From: Octopus sinensis | Taxonomy: Eukaryota | Length of the DNA: 64,000 nucleotides | NCBI RefSeq assembly: GCF_006345805.1 | Contig: NC_043003.1 | Coordinates: forward strand, 102,610,001-102,674,000 | Direction: 5' to 3' | Part shown: positions 25,828 through 38,669 of the stretch, piece by piece | How positions within the stretch are numbered: the stretch's first letter is position 1 | How the letters are laid out: each line of letters opens with the position of its first letter | Made by a program: the position numbers and the translations under genes | Notes under the pieces: model-generated | Told to the model about the DNA's origin: nothing | Database searches by the model: none | Seen by the model: only the letters and a program-made list of their open reading frames with translations

Positions 25828-26370
25828 CAGTACCAGGCAGTGGCTCTCATGGCTTCTGATCTTAACTGATTGGAAGTGTTATCATGTACATTGTTTTGTC
25901 TTGGTATAAAAGATGGGCTACAGCAAATATTCTGCTCAATACCACAGATCTGCTTGTCAGTTGTTTGACCTTAACCAGTTGAGCATGTCCCTTAGTGGCT
26001 GACGATATGTGCATCTCTGATCACGAGCAGAAGTAGTGGGGGAACATCATAGCCATGTGTTGAGAGGGATTCTTTGGAGTTTGAATAATTCACCTCTGGA
26101 AACATGGGTGGTTCTTTCAACATCCTTAAACAACCCTTATTCAGGGACCGTTTGAGCGGGATGGGCTACTCAACCTGAAGAAAATTCTAACTGGGCCCCA
26201 CCTGCAAGGTCATGTGCTGTTTATCTTGATATGAGATCACCATGTCGCGCACATATGGTTGTGATGCATGTGCCCGGTGTACCTTATCAGACGGGTAGTC
26301 ATGATGGGTATATTGGGCTTCGTATATTTTACCCCAGTGTCACTTTGATGCATGCTCTGCTCGCTCACTC

Positions 26371-26371
<1 letters not shown>
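25828..26371 (+). repeat. ~540-bp repeat family, apparently full length, inside (AAT)n
   Basis: (AAT)n on both sides; copies at 1-524 and 26745-27059. Confidence 0.85.
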
Positions 26372-26435
<64 letters not shown>

Positions 26436-26479
26436 GAAGAAGAAGAAGAAGAAAGAAGAAGAAGAAGAAGAAGAAGAAG

Positions 26480-26692
26480 CCTTTCTACTAAAAGCATAAT
26501 GCCTGAAATTTTAGGGTAGGAGTTAAGTCGATTACACCGACTCCAGTACTCAACTGGTACTTAATTTATCGACCCCGAAAGGATGAAAGGTAAAGTCAAC
26601 CTCGACGGAATTTGAACTCAGAACGTAGCGACGGGTGAAATACTGCTATGCATTTTTCCCGGCATGCTAACGATTCTGTCAGCTTGGCGCCT
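26480..26692 (-). mobile_element. SINE family A, short tail
   Basis: Full match. Confidence 0.85.
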
Positions 26693-26714
26693 CAACAACA
26701 ACAACAACAACAAC

Positions 26715-26744
<30 letters not shown>

Positions 26745-26745
<1 letters not shown>

Positions 26746-27059
26746 GTTTTGTGTTGGTATAAAAGATGGGCTACAGCAAATATTCTGCTCAATACCACAG
26801 ATTTGCTTGTCAGTTGTTTGACCGTAACCAGTTGAGCATGTCCCTTAGTGGCTGACGATATGTGCATCTCTGATCACGAGCAGAAGTAGAGGGGAGCATC
26901 ATAGCCATGTGTTGAGAGAAATTTATTTGGAGTTTGAATAATTCACCTTTGGAAACATGGGTGATGCATGTACCTGGTGTACCCTTATCAGACGGGTAGC
27001 TATGATGGGTATACTGGGCTTCGTATATTTTATCCCAGTGTCACATTGATGCTCACTCA
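26745..27059 (+). repeat. ~540-bp family, 5'-truncated and internally deleted copy
   Basis: Aligns to ~25893-26371 with a deletion after ggaaacatgggtg. Confidence 0.85.
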
Positions 27060-27070
27060 ATAATAATAAT

Positions 27071-28800
27071 GATTTCTTTATAAACCACAAGGGTTTACAT
27101 TAAGAAAAACATTATGAACAGCACAGGACAAAATAAAGAGTGTGTGTAAGTTGTGTTGTGAAGGTTTTGTGTGTAAGGGAAGAACGAAATCAACGATGTT
27201 TGATCCTCAATAGGGAGGAGACGTTCGAGGGCTGATCATGGAAAAAAACCATAAAAAAAACATGGGTACCCTGACTTTTGGGTTAGGGGCCATTTTTCCT
27301 TTCTTTACTTCAACTATGCTGAGGGCAGACCCATTCATTCGCACCATTCTCACCGCTTTCATCCACCTTTCAGCAAACTGGCTGGAAGACAACACTTCCC
27401 TCTCAACTCTTATTTTCCTTTTCAAATGAAACTTGAAGAAGCTTATCATAGATTGACCAAAGAGAAGTGTTTGTCTTCAGCCCCTTAAATTTCGCCCAGC
27501 ATATAAAAGAAGCCTTTCCTTCCCATTTAAAGGAAGGTGGCGGGGGGATCTTCACGATGGATTCAGTTGACCATCGGATCCGTCCCACGTGCGACAGCAA
27601 ATGTTCGACATAAACCTATAGGTCAGCAATGCTCGGACACTGGACGAGTGCATACAGGACCGTCTGTCGTCCTGTGCGCATCTCGGACATGCTCGGCCGA
27701 CGGCACTTCCGTGCCTGTAAAGTTTAACTCGAGCAGGTAGCACTGCCAGGTCAGAGAAGACGGGAAGTATACATAGTATACGACACTAGAAATAGAAGGA
27801 AGAAAAATGTGATAGTAATGGGGTCCCCCTAATACTAGAGGACCTCTATCAAGAAACCCCACCATCCAAGATGATCCTGAGGACCAAGGAGGACCAAGCC
27901 CTCTCCAACTTCTTTCTTCCGACTCACAGGTCTACACTGAGAGTTGTACCATCCACTTTTGCTTGCAATTCTATTCTAATCGCTCTCTTCGGAGCGATCC
28001 ACCACCAGTTGTTGACGATAGCCCCTGTCAACTGCCACAAAACCGGTTCGCTAATCCAGTCCCTGTAATCTTTACGAGCCAGTAAGGACGCATTCAACTT
28101 CCAGTTACTTGGTCCCTGTCTACGGTTTCAATCTAAATTGACTGAACATATCATAAATTTGTGATCTGTGTAGCCGACCAATTTCAATTGTGGACAACTT
28201 ACGCTAACCCTAGCCTCTGACTTAACAAATACTCTGTTTAAATACGATCTGTATGACCCACTGTAGTTGTTCCATGCCCACACAGGCACATCAGGGAAAT
28301 CCACTCGGTACGTGTCAGAAAGCTGGAGAGTCCTGCGCAAGTTTTCGAGGCTTTTACACTCCTTTCTACTATGTGCTAAACCCACACATTCCTCCGTGCG
28401 TCCAAAATCCTATTCCAGTCCCTCACCAATACTAAAGTGTGAGACGTTCCCAAGAATGTTTTTAGATACCTGGAGAAATCTGGCTTCCCAGCCTCTTCGC
28501 TGCCATTCATGTCCAGGGCCACCACCCTACCATCCGGGTCCAGGAAGATAGCCTGTACTTGGAGATCTAAGGATTTCCGGAGTAGCACTGCTACACCGCC
28601 ACCCGATCCTGATAGACTACAATATGAGAATACATCGCAGTCCTCGAAAATAGATGTTAGAGCGTGTTTCCAGAGATGCTTGTTTCACTAATAGCCACAT
28701 CCAAATCAGGCGACCTGAGATCATTTAGCAAGTGGCTTGCTTCCAAGCTGATCCCAGGCCATACACATCCACACACTCCATTCACAGCACAGTGATGCTA
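27071..28800 (-). mobile_element. Tx1/L1-type LINE remnant: APE endonuclease joined to C-terminal Cys region and 3' UTR
   Basis: GGGVAVLLRKS, DPDGRVVALD, DTYRVDFPDVPVWAW..RSYLNRVFV..YTDHK..GPSNWKLNASLL; CPRC; FFKFHLKRKIRVERE..FAERW; ends ataaagaaatc(att)n. Confidence 0.8.
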
Positions 28801-29440
28801 GTTGAAGAAAGAAAATGAGGAGGTTACTCAGTTTTATTTTCGAGAAGCACAGAAGTTTTGGGCCTCTCTACTGCAGAAAATTTTCTAAAAGGCCTTTCCA
28901 ACAGCCTTTTATCAACAGATTTTTTTTAAATCCCCACACTACCTGGGAATTTTTCTCTTATAGTTTTATAAACGTCTAACGACGTTTCAATTAAGCGGCT
29001 GTGTTTTGTGGTTTTGAGGATGAAATCCTAAAATTCATTTCCCTCTGTCTCTATTTTGTTTTTGTTTTGACTTACAAAATCCATCAATTCATTGCTGTAC
29101 TTGTTTACAAGTGCAATTGATGGAAACATTTCGTCTACAGTCTGAGGAATATTCTTGTTTTTGAAGTTCGGTAATTGGTTGTTTCTGTGTTTCTGTGATT
29201 TCATGCTGGTGTTGTTGATGATGTTGCTGTTTTTGAACTTGTTGTTCTTGTTCTTGCTGTTTTTGTTGGAGTGGTTGTGAATTGTGTTGCAGTTGTGGTT
29301 TCAGAGTAAGTTTTGTTGATTTCTTGGATTGGGGCTCTGTACTCTCCTCCTCTTTCGCCTACTCCCTTTTGTCATTGTGATCCTTTGATCGTTCAGCTCT
29401 TCTTTCTCCATGTCATTGCAGTTGATGTTGCTGTTGCTGT

Positions 29441-29765
29441 TGAGCGAAGTGGTCTTCGTCCCAGAGCTCGCAAGATGGGAGAAGTCCGAAACATGGTCCT
29501 TTGCTATTCGTAAGACCCGCAGAAGAGAAAGCAGGTCAACCCCCGACACCGAGAGGATCGACGGATGGATGAATGCGCATCCAGGCTCAGCGGTCGCGTA
29601 GGAAGTCGGGGACAAGAAACAGGAAGAAAGAGTGAGAGAAAGTGGGAGCGAAAGAGTACAACAGGGGTCGCCACCACCCCCTGCCGGAGCCTCGTGGAGC
29701 TTTAGGTGTTTTCGCTCAATAAACACACACAACGCCCGGTCTGGGAATCGAAACCGCGATCCTTC
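29441..29765 (-). mobile_element. SINE family C, 5'-truncated
   Basis: Reverse complement of the 1506-1880 family. Confidence 0.85.
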
Positions 29766-30091
29766 GATTCTGCTGCTGTTGCTGTTCCGTTGTCGACACC
29801 GAAATGTTTGACGTTGCTTAGAGGCGAAGCATTATTCGCCTCGGTGACGTCATTCAGTTTAAGCCATTTGATATTCGTATTCTCAATTTTTCCGATAAGG
29901 AGCGCGTTCCTTTGTCGAATATTATGTTGGCTTCTTCATCAGCTATCTTGAAATAATTACAGAAAATTGCAAAACATTTGTTTTTGCCGAAAGTAGTTAA
30001 AATTCAAAAATTATTGATACGCACCTTCTGCAATACTAGGGGTGTTTCCACACAAAAATACTATCTGCTCAGTCCAGACAATCTCAGAAAT

Positions 30092-30310
30092 GGGATCTTT
30101 TCACTTTGACCGGCAGATTTTTAAAATAATTTCTTTGTAACTAAACACTTTTAAACTTCGTATACTCGTAGTGTGTTACATAAAACATATTTTTCTCTTG
30201 GCTTTCTTGAGAAAATTCTGTAGTTTGTAATCTATTTGTTGTTTACTTTCTTGCATTTCGGCAATTTCAACCAATCAATGACGTCTATTGAGGTGAATAC
30301 CATTTCTGCC
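30092..30310. mobile_element. Partial copy of the 6819-7177 MITE
   Basis: One TIR arm plus internal segment in opposite orientation. Confidence 0.8.
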
Positions 30311-30429
30311 GTAGTTTCTCAACAACAATTTTTTGCGGTGTCATATGAAAATGTCCGTTATTTATGACATATTTCACATCAGTTACATTCGTATGAATAA
30401 AAGATTATCGTTATTAAACTTTTATTAAT

Positions 30430-31800
30430 AAACACATAATCTAAGTTCACAACATATGCAGTTTTAATTTCCCTCTCTGTTGCACAGATACACACATTAC
30501 ATAATATCTATTCGTTTAAGAATACAAAGAATACATTCAGCTTTGTTAACATCCACTGGGCAGCTAATTTCCACAATTGTACCCAGTTTCTCTTTCCACG
30601 ACTATACACAGGTACTTTTCTCTGTCCCAAATCATTATATCAGGTCTGTTGTGCTTACATTTTATTGAGGTCTTCACAGGGACATTCCGCCAATACTCCT
30701 TAGTGACTATGACTTCTACCCATACTGTGGGTTCTTATTTCTTTGTCCACAGGTTTATCCTTCCGACAGATTTCATCACAGAGTGTGCTAGCTACAACAT
30801 CATGTCTCATCGGTAGGTACCACCGTGATGACATTTTCGGACAGTGGGTGATACCTTCGGTGTTAACTTCACAAAGTCTGCATCGATTATCACATTTTAC
30901 TGCTGTTCCTGCATCTTTATCCCTTTCGTGCATCAGGTATTTGGTTGATATTTCCTGTTCCTAGATTGCAAATGCATGCCCTTCAAAGTGGGAGGTAGTA
31001 ATCCGGCTATTGCTCCATGATAGACTGCTTTTGATGATCGATGTTACTATCATCACGGAACTTTCTAGTAACATATACATGCATAGTCTTCTGCTCATAT
31101 AGGCTCATCCTTGCATCTGATGATACGTTGCAGTAGAGTCGTGCGACTTGTTTGAACATGTATCGGACAAGGTTATCGGACAATATCAATGTTGTTCAAG
31201 GAGCTGCCTTCCAAGTCTTATGATGTCGTCAGCCTCATGTCTGCAAACTTGGTCAAGGGATGCACTTCGACACTTTGTTGTTAAAAGATGTTGCTGAAGG
31301 GATATGACACGATATTCAAAGGCATTTTGGATCAATGTTAAGCCTCTGCTGTCTTTATTTTGTTTTAGGTAGTGGCGGTCAACGTCACTATTTATGTGGA
31401 AATTATATGTGTTTGCTAGTATTTTGCGGGCTTTCACATCAATGGCTCGGATCTCATCAAGTGTCCAATCAAGCAGCCTAAATGTTGGTATGAGTGCTGG
31501 CACTGCAGATACATTGTGGGCCACTGTTTTATTGAATGTAAAGAGTGCTGAGGTCCAAATTTTCTTTATTCGGCTGTAAAATTCTTTTGTAACACGTGTT
31601 TTGTTACAGGAGCCATTGTAAGATATGTCTTCATCCACCACCAGATACCTGTAACGTTCTTCGATAGAGGAAAAACAGTCAAATCATTGATGGAGATGTT
31701 GCTAGTCTAGTTTATAGTTTTACCCTTTTTCACAACCATTTAACATTTATCCTGACCAAACCCCAACCCTACATCCTTTGAGAATGTTGTAACTATGTCT
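30430..31800 (-). mobile_element. R4/Dong-type (restriction-like endonuclease) non-LTR remnant
   Basis: TFSKDVGLGFGQDKC, YRYL, LDWTLDEIRAIDVKARKIL..FHINSDVDR.Y..RGL, CRLC..ITH.CPK..RHDVVA, HNRPDIMIWD. Confidence 0.8.
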
Positions 31801-32169
31801 GTCTGTCTATATGTATGTATGTAGTATGTATGTATGTATGTATGTATGTACAGATACTTGCTTGTATGCTACAGCATATTTATGGATATATATTAGTATA
31901 TCTATATTTGCAGGATGGGAGGAGGGTTCTCCATCGGTTTACGCGATGAGCATTTACTAGTAATTTGATCACCTGGATTCCTTAGTCGTGCTGTTAATAT
32001 CTAAAGTGGTGATACGTGGACTCATTTTATGTAATCCTCAGAGAGAAAGAGGGAACTGAACCCGGAATCATGTAGTTGAGAAGCAGACTTCGTTATAACA
32101 CGGCCATCCCTGTGCTTATATATATATATAATATATATATATATATATAATATATATATATATAGTGGT

Positions 32170-32209
<40 letters not shown>

Positions 32210-32225
32210 GAGAGAGAGAGAGGAG

Positions 32226-32599
32226 AGAAATATTAATATTTCTAAATCTCTCTATTGGAGACTACGGCAACAGTACTGGATATTAATAGTTATCGCCAAG
32301 CTAACATGGCAGTCCAGGAAAAATAGGACGAATGCTGCCGTTGATTAGCTCCAAGAGGCCATCGCCTCTAGCTAGCCATGTGACACGCGAACCTGTGTCC
32401 ATTATAACCTTCGAACAGGGGAGGTCAGCAGCTTTCCCTTCCTGGTTCGGAAGCTGCTGACTTCCCCTGTTCGAAGGTTGCAATGGACACAGGTTTGTGT
32501 GTCACGTAGCTAGCTCCAGGCGTTGGCCTCTTGGAGCTAATCAACGGCAGCATTCGTCCTATTTTTCCTGGACTGCCATGTTAGCTTGGCGATAACTAT
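32226..32599. repeat. Structured element forming ~150-bp-arm fold-back (32286-32599)
   Basis: Long inverted arms; homologous to 13498-13741 and 33440-33650. Confidence 0.85.
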
Positions 32600-33430
32600 G
32601 TGGCTGTGTGGTAAGTAGCTTGCTTACCAACCACATGGTTCCGGGTTCATTACCACTGCTTGACACCTTGGGCAAGTGTCTTCTACGATAGCCTTAGGCC
32701 GACCAAAGTCTTGTGAGTGGATTTGGTAGACGGAAACTGAAAGAATCCTGTCGTATATATGTTTACATATATATAAATATGTATATGTGTGTATATGTTT
32801 GTGTGTCTGTGTTTGCCCCCCCCCCCCCAACATCGCTTGACAACCGATGGTGGCGTGTGTACGTCCCCGTAACATAGCAGTTCGGCAAAAGAGACCGATA
32901 GAATAAGTACTAGGCTTCTTAAGAATAAGTCCTGGGGTTGATTTGCTCGACCAAAGGTGGTGCTCCAGCATAGCCGCAGTCAAATGGCTGAAACAAGTAA
33001 AAGAGAAAAAAAATAAAAGATAGGCGCAGGAGTGGCTGTGTGGTAAGTAGCTTGTATACCAGCCACATGGTTCCGGGTTCAGTCCCACTGCGTGGCACCT
33101 TCGGCAAGTGTCTTCTACTATAACCTAGGGCCGACCAAAGCCTTGTGGGTGGATTTGGTAGACGGAAACTGAAAGAAGCCCGTCGTATGTATGTATATAT
33201 ATGCGTGTGTGTGTTTGTGTGTCTGTGTTTGTTCCCCTAGCATTGCCTGACAACCGATGCTGGTGTGTTTATGTCCCTGTTACTTAGCGGTTCGGCAAAA
33301 GAGACTGATAGAATAAGTACTGGGCTTACAAAAGAATAAGTCCCGGGGTCGAGTTGCTCGATTAAAGGCGGTGCTCCAGCATGGCCGCAGTCAAATGACT
33401 GAAACAAGTAAAAGAGTAAAAAGAGTAAAG
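32599..33430 (+). mobile_element. Two tandem SINE family B copies (32599-33010, 33022-33430)
   Basis: Near-consensus head, CORE-like block and tail twice. Confidence 0.88.
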
Positions 33431-33593
33431 AGTAATATATATTTGCCAACTAAAAGTGACGGCCCCATAGAGGATAATGTTACTGTTGTTTTAGCTCCAT
33501 GAAGACTTCTCCTCCAGCTGGCTAACGACACACTGTCTGTGCCCGATTAGTATTTGCGAAGGGAGGTCATCGCTCCCATGTCTAGCCTTACGT

Positions 33594-33645
33594 GTTATCA
33601 CAGACCCGGATTTCTGGTAGTTACCCGTCTTCAGGGTGTGATAAC
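33594..33645 (-). ncRNA. Type I hammerhead motif
   Basis: GUUAUCACAcc-CUGAAGA-cgGGUaacuACCa-GAAA-UCCGG-GUC^-UGUGAUAAC; 9-bp stem I, near-palindromic stem III. Confidence 0.7.
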
Positions 33646-33742
33646 CACCAGCCACACACACAAACACATATATATGGTGAGAGAGAGAGAGAAAGAAGAA
33701 GAAGAAGAAGAAGAAGAAGAAGAAGAAGAAGAAGAAGAAGAA

Positions 33743-33891
33743 GAAGAAGAATCGTTCTACTACTTAACTGGAACTTTATTTATCGTCCCCAAAGGCAAAG
33801 TTAACTCCGTCGGGTCCAGGGAAACGGAGTTAACTTTGCCTTTGGGGACGATAAATAAAGTTCCAGTTAAGTAGTAGAACGATTCTTCTTC
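33743..33891. repeat. Perfect inverted duplication of a SINE A fragment
   Basis: gaatcgttctactacttaactggaac...gttaactccgt / acggagttaac...gaacgattc. Confidence 0.9.
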
Positions 33892-35304
33892 GCATATATA
33901 TACATATATACGACGGGCTTCTTTCAGTTTCCGCCTACCAAATCCACCCACAAGGCTTTGGTCGGCCCGAGGCTATAGTAGAAGACACTTGCCCAAGGTG
34001 CCACGCAGTGGGACTGAACCCGGAACCATGTGGCTTTGTATACTATACTAGAATTGTATACTAACTACCACGGCAATCTTAACATTCTAACAATCCGACA
34101 AGGGAACATTTGAAAGGTTACTAGTCTGCTTGAAATAGCAGCCAAATTGCCTTCATAATCACGGGCATCCGTCTTTTTAAAAGAAATACAAGGTGTTAGT
34201 TATGGCTGGAACGCTTTTGATCATAGGTCTGTTCAATGACGGTTCACCTGGAACTCAACAACCGACGCACTGATTTTGTGTATATGTGTATGAGTGTGCG
34301 TACGATAATATGTATGTGGTTGATTGATTATATAGACAGTAGTTGCGTAAATATATGCATAAGTATGACAGAGCGTGTGGGGAGGTAGATACAAGTGTGT
34401 GTGTGTTATAGTGAAAGTAGCACGTGTTTATTTCTTTTTCCTTTTATCCTTAAGAAGTTTAAATGTTTCTTAACACTTCTCTCTCTTCCTCTTCTCTCCC
34501 GCCCCTCTCTCCAGCCGTCTCTCACAAATATACACACCTTTCACTTTCTCTCTGTATCACGTGATGAGATGCCTATTTCTGTCTTTCTTCTCCGGCTTCC
34601 TCCAAGTAGAGACGGTAAATCTGTTGCTCTGCCGTTCTCAAAGAATAGCGTTCGTAAAAATTTTTTATCTCGTTTGGCTTCTTGTTTGTGTTACTGTTAT
34701 TCTCCGTGTCCTGTCTTTTACTGTTTATATTTTGTACTGTCGTTACTGTCCTGTTTTTGTTACAATTTTTACCCCTCCGCAAAAAAATCTCAAATTTTAT
34801 TTAATTTGATTTTCGCGGGAAGGAAAATTTCATTGAAGTCATGTATCGCCTTGACCTTCGGAACTTGAGTAGATGAAATTAAGGCGACTGAAGAAGGGGA
34901 ATTTTCCTTGTTTTGTATGTCCTGTACTCTATTTATTTTTTCGTTTTTTAAGAAAATGTCCATTTCCTTCCTTGGTTTTGTGTTTATGTTTTCGTTTCTC
35001 ATTGTGTTCGACGTTTTTTTGGTGTCCTGTATCCATATATGCATGTATATATACATGTAGAGGTAGGTAGTACATATATGTATGTATATATGCATATGTT
35101 TATATTTATTATATATATATAAATATATAATATTTATATATAATAAATATATATAATATAAGTATATACTATATATTATGGGAAAATCGGTCTGTGTTTG
35201 TGGCGTTGTTAGCTAACTCCTCCAACATTGTTTTATTGATTTTGATGAAACTTGCACACATATTTTACTACAAGATTTTTTTAATTATATATATATATAC
35301 AAAC

Positions 35305-35353
<49 letters not shown>

Positions 35354-35480
35354 TATATATATACATATAGCTATGTCAAATTTTCCGTTTGTTGTCTTTT
35401 TATTTAATCCTGAATATATGTGGTGTGTGTATATATATATATATATTATATATATATATATATTATATATATATATATAT

Positions 35481-38124
35481 ATCTGAGCACAAACCGTCCT
35501 GCGGTATTCTTTCCCACAAATGCTCAACCTACAAACCAAATTCGATGCCGTATATTGCAAGCTGAGCCTATCTGAGTTTTGCCTGCCCGTGTTGGCTGTC
35601 TACAGGCCGCCTCTAGCCGACCCCCAGGACGATGCTCATCTCGCGAGGCGATAAGATTCGTTTCAGCAGCTTCGCATGACTGCTTGACTAGGCGACTTCA
35701 ACGCTCCCACGATCGATTGGCCCGCATCAATTTGTACAACATCTTTCCGGTTCGGCCAGGCCTTCTTGACGTGGCTGAAAATTGTTTTCTCTCGCAACAT
35801 GTTGAATATCCGACAAGGCATCGGTCCGGGCAGCAGCCATCTATGCTAGATCTGGTATTCTCCCCGCTATCCAAGATCAGTGTCAGACGTATCTGTGTGC
35901 GCCCCTCTTGCCAAGAGTGATCATGCGGTCCTGAAGTTCGTCATGCACACAACTTTTTCCACGCCCACGATTATTCGCTGCCACGTAGAGTCTTCTCTGC
36001 AATTAATCTTGAAATTCTAACCGAGCTTCGCGCTTTTGGACTGGCGTTCCCTGATGACGTTGTCCTCAGTTGACGAACTATGGTCATCCCTCAAAGCATA
36101 TGTAATCTGTTTGACTGACCAGGCAGTTCCCGTTGGACTTCCCAAGAGGAAAAACACAAGCCCTGGGTGACGAAGAAGGTTAAACGAGAACGTCGACTCA
36201 GAGATATTGCTTGGGCTGAATTCAAAAATCTGGATTCGACTGCAGCTTTTGAGGTGTACAAAACTCAACGAGACCGAGCCGTGAAAATTGAAAAGAAAGA
36301 ACGCTTCAGTTATGAATACAAAATCGCGGCAAATGCCAGTAGCAATCCAAAACCTTCTTTGCCCATGTCCAGCGGAATTCCCGCTTGAACAACCAGATTG
36401 CAACGTTGGTAGACTCAACAGGCGTATCGATTGAGGACCCTTATCAACAGAGTCAATTATTTGCCGAGGCTTTTTCAACTATTTTCAAACAAGATGATGG
36501 TCGTGAACCCCCTCCATTTGATAGATCGGTACCTCCAATGCTTCGATTGATCATCACGCAGGACCAAGTCAAACGTGTTATTCAGGGCCTCGATGTCAAC
36601 AAGGGTCACGGCCCTGACGGCATACACCCACGGGTTATCAAAGCGTTGGCTCCGGTCATCTGCGAGCCCTTAACACGACTATTCAATATGTCATTGGCGA
36701 CGGGTGTTATACCTGCAGACTGGAGAACAACGATAATCTGCCCAATTTTCAAGAAAGGGAGCCGCGAAGACCCGCTTAACCACCGACCGGTTTCCCTTAC
36801 ATCAATAATCAGCAAGATGTTCGAAACCATCCTTAAGAAAAGTATGATGCTCCACCTCCTAAACACAGCCTCGATCACTGATTCCCAACACGGCTTCGTG
36901 CCGAAGAGATCATGCTTGACCAACTTACTAGTAATGGAAGAATTGGTGACGCGCATCCTCGATGATAGTGATGCTGTTGACATCGTTTTATTGGACTTTG
37001 CCAAGCTTTTGACTCGGTAAACCACCGCCTACTACTTGTCAAGCTTCAAGCATATAGTTTCCATCCGGATATTGTACGATGGGTTGGTGCCTTCCTCACA
37101 GATCGCTCCTTCCAAGTTCAAGTTAATGGTTCGCGGTCCGACGTCTCCAGTGCGAGCAGTGGCGTGCCTCAAGGTTCAGTGCTTGGGCCCTTGTTGTTCT
37201 TGGTCTTCATAAATGACTTGCCCGACGACCTCACGCAACACACCCTTCTATTTGCCGACGATATCAAACTGGTCGCTCCTCGCGGTAGTATAGAGGATCT
37301 TCGTCGATGCCTCCACCAAATTTGGAAGTGGTCTAACGATTGGGACCTGTGTCTGAACGTGTCAAAGTGCTGTCATCTGCCTGTCGGCTCTACTCCTGCA
37401 ACTCAACTTGATTTCGAGCCGGGTCGTCTGCTGCTGGAGAGGACCGATCAGGTAAAGGACCTGGGTATCTTGGTGGATTCCTCCTTTTCGCCTTCGGCCC
37501 AGTGCGTCCATGCTGCCAACAAAGCGCGCGGAATTCTGTTTTTGATTCGACGGTCATTCGGAATGCTCACAGCAGCCATATTCCTGCCACTCTATGTCAC
37601 GCTGGTGAGACCCATATTGGAGTATGGGATTCAAGCCTCTTCTCCTTATCTCCTCAAAGACATACAGCACCTCGAAAGAGTCCAGAGGCTGGCTACCCGC
37701 ATGGTTCATGGTCTCAAAAATTTGTCCTACGAAGAAAGGCTGAGGACGCTCGACCTTTATTCTCTTGAAAAACGCCGCCGCCGTGGTGATCTCATTCTCG
37801 CCCACAACATCATAAGCGGGAAGTGTAACCTCTCGAAAGAGCTGTTCTTCACTCCTGCTCCGGAGCGTCGGCTGCGGGGTCATTCCGAAAAGCTCTACCT
37901 GCGACGATTTCATCTCAATCGAAGGAGAGGAGCTTTCTCCGTCCGGGTTGCGGATCCGTGGAACAAGCTGCCAGACGAGATGGTGAAGATGCCGACGACC
38001 GCTTTGTTCAAAGCCTCCCTGGACCTCAAGTGGCCTGAACTCTTTACATGAACACCACCCTGTACTTAACTCCATGTCCCCCTACATGGCCTTGCTTTTG
38101 AGCCAAATTAACTAACTAACTAAC
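35481..38124 (+). mobile_element. CR1-group LINE, 5'-truncated ORF2 (APE plus RT), (TAAC)n tail
   Basis: VYRPP, GDFNAPTIDW, PTR..LDLVF, SDH, GPDGIHPRVIK, QHGF..RSCLTNL, GVPQGSVLGPLLF, FADDIKL; aactaactaactaac end. Confidence 0.95.
37164..38051 (+). CDS. Reverse transcriptase C-terminal open frame of CR1 ORF2
   Basis: 295-aa ORF with RT motifs; frame stays open upstream to ~37011. Confidence 0.75.
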   Translation: MPQGSVLGPLLFLVFINDLPDDLTQHTLLFADDIKLVAPRGSIEDLRRCLHQIWKWSNDWDLCLNVSKCCHLPVGSTPATQLDFEPGRLLLERTDQVKDLGILVDSSFSPSAQCVHAANKARGILFLIRRSFGMLTAAIFLPLYVTLVRPILEYGIQASSPYLLKDIQHLERVQRLATRMVHGLKNLSYEERLRTLDLYSLEKRRRRGDLILAHNIISGKCNLSKELFFTPAPERRLRGHSEKLYLRRFHLNRRRGAFSVRVADPWNKLPDEMVKMPTTALFKASLDLKWPELFT

Positions 38125-38231
38125 ATATACCGTAACAGGACATTTTTCTCCACGGTAACTGCAGTGAATTTGTCTTTTAGTAGCGGAAATATGTCACAAG
38201 CATATTCTAATTAACTTAAAGTTTGCTTATA

Positions 38232-38302
<71 letters not shown>

Positions 38303-38332
38303 GTGCGTGTGTGTGTGCGTGTGAGTCTGTGT

Positions 38333-38618
38333 GTGGAGGCGTAATGGTCCAGTGGTCAGAACAGCGGACTCGCGGTTGTAGGATCGCGGTTTCGATTCCC
38401 AGACCGGGCGTTGTGAGTGTTTATTAAGCGAAAACACATAAAAGCTCCATGAGGCTCCGGCAGGGGATGTTGGCGATCCCTGCTGTACTCTTTCGCCATA
38501 ACTTTTTCTCACTCTTCTGGTGGCCTGCTCGCTTAGCCAGCGGGGTGGCGTCATTTGAAGGCTAAAACAATGCGAAGCGCATTGTGACTAGCGATGTGTA
38601 GCAACATCTGATAGCCTG

Positions 38619-38620
<2 letters not shown>
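38333..38620 (+). mobile_element. SINE with family C head but a different tail
   Basis: Matches family C to ~38517 then unrelated sequence. Confidence 0.8.

Positions 38621-38669
<49 letters not shown>

Noticed and set aside
35160-35280. Helitron-like 5' fragment (gattttgatgaaacttgcacac)
   Set aside because: No 3' hairpin/CTAG end and no second copy in the window
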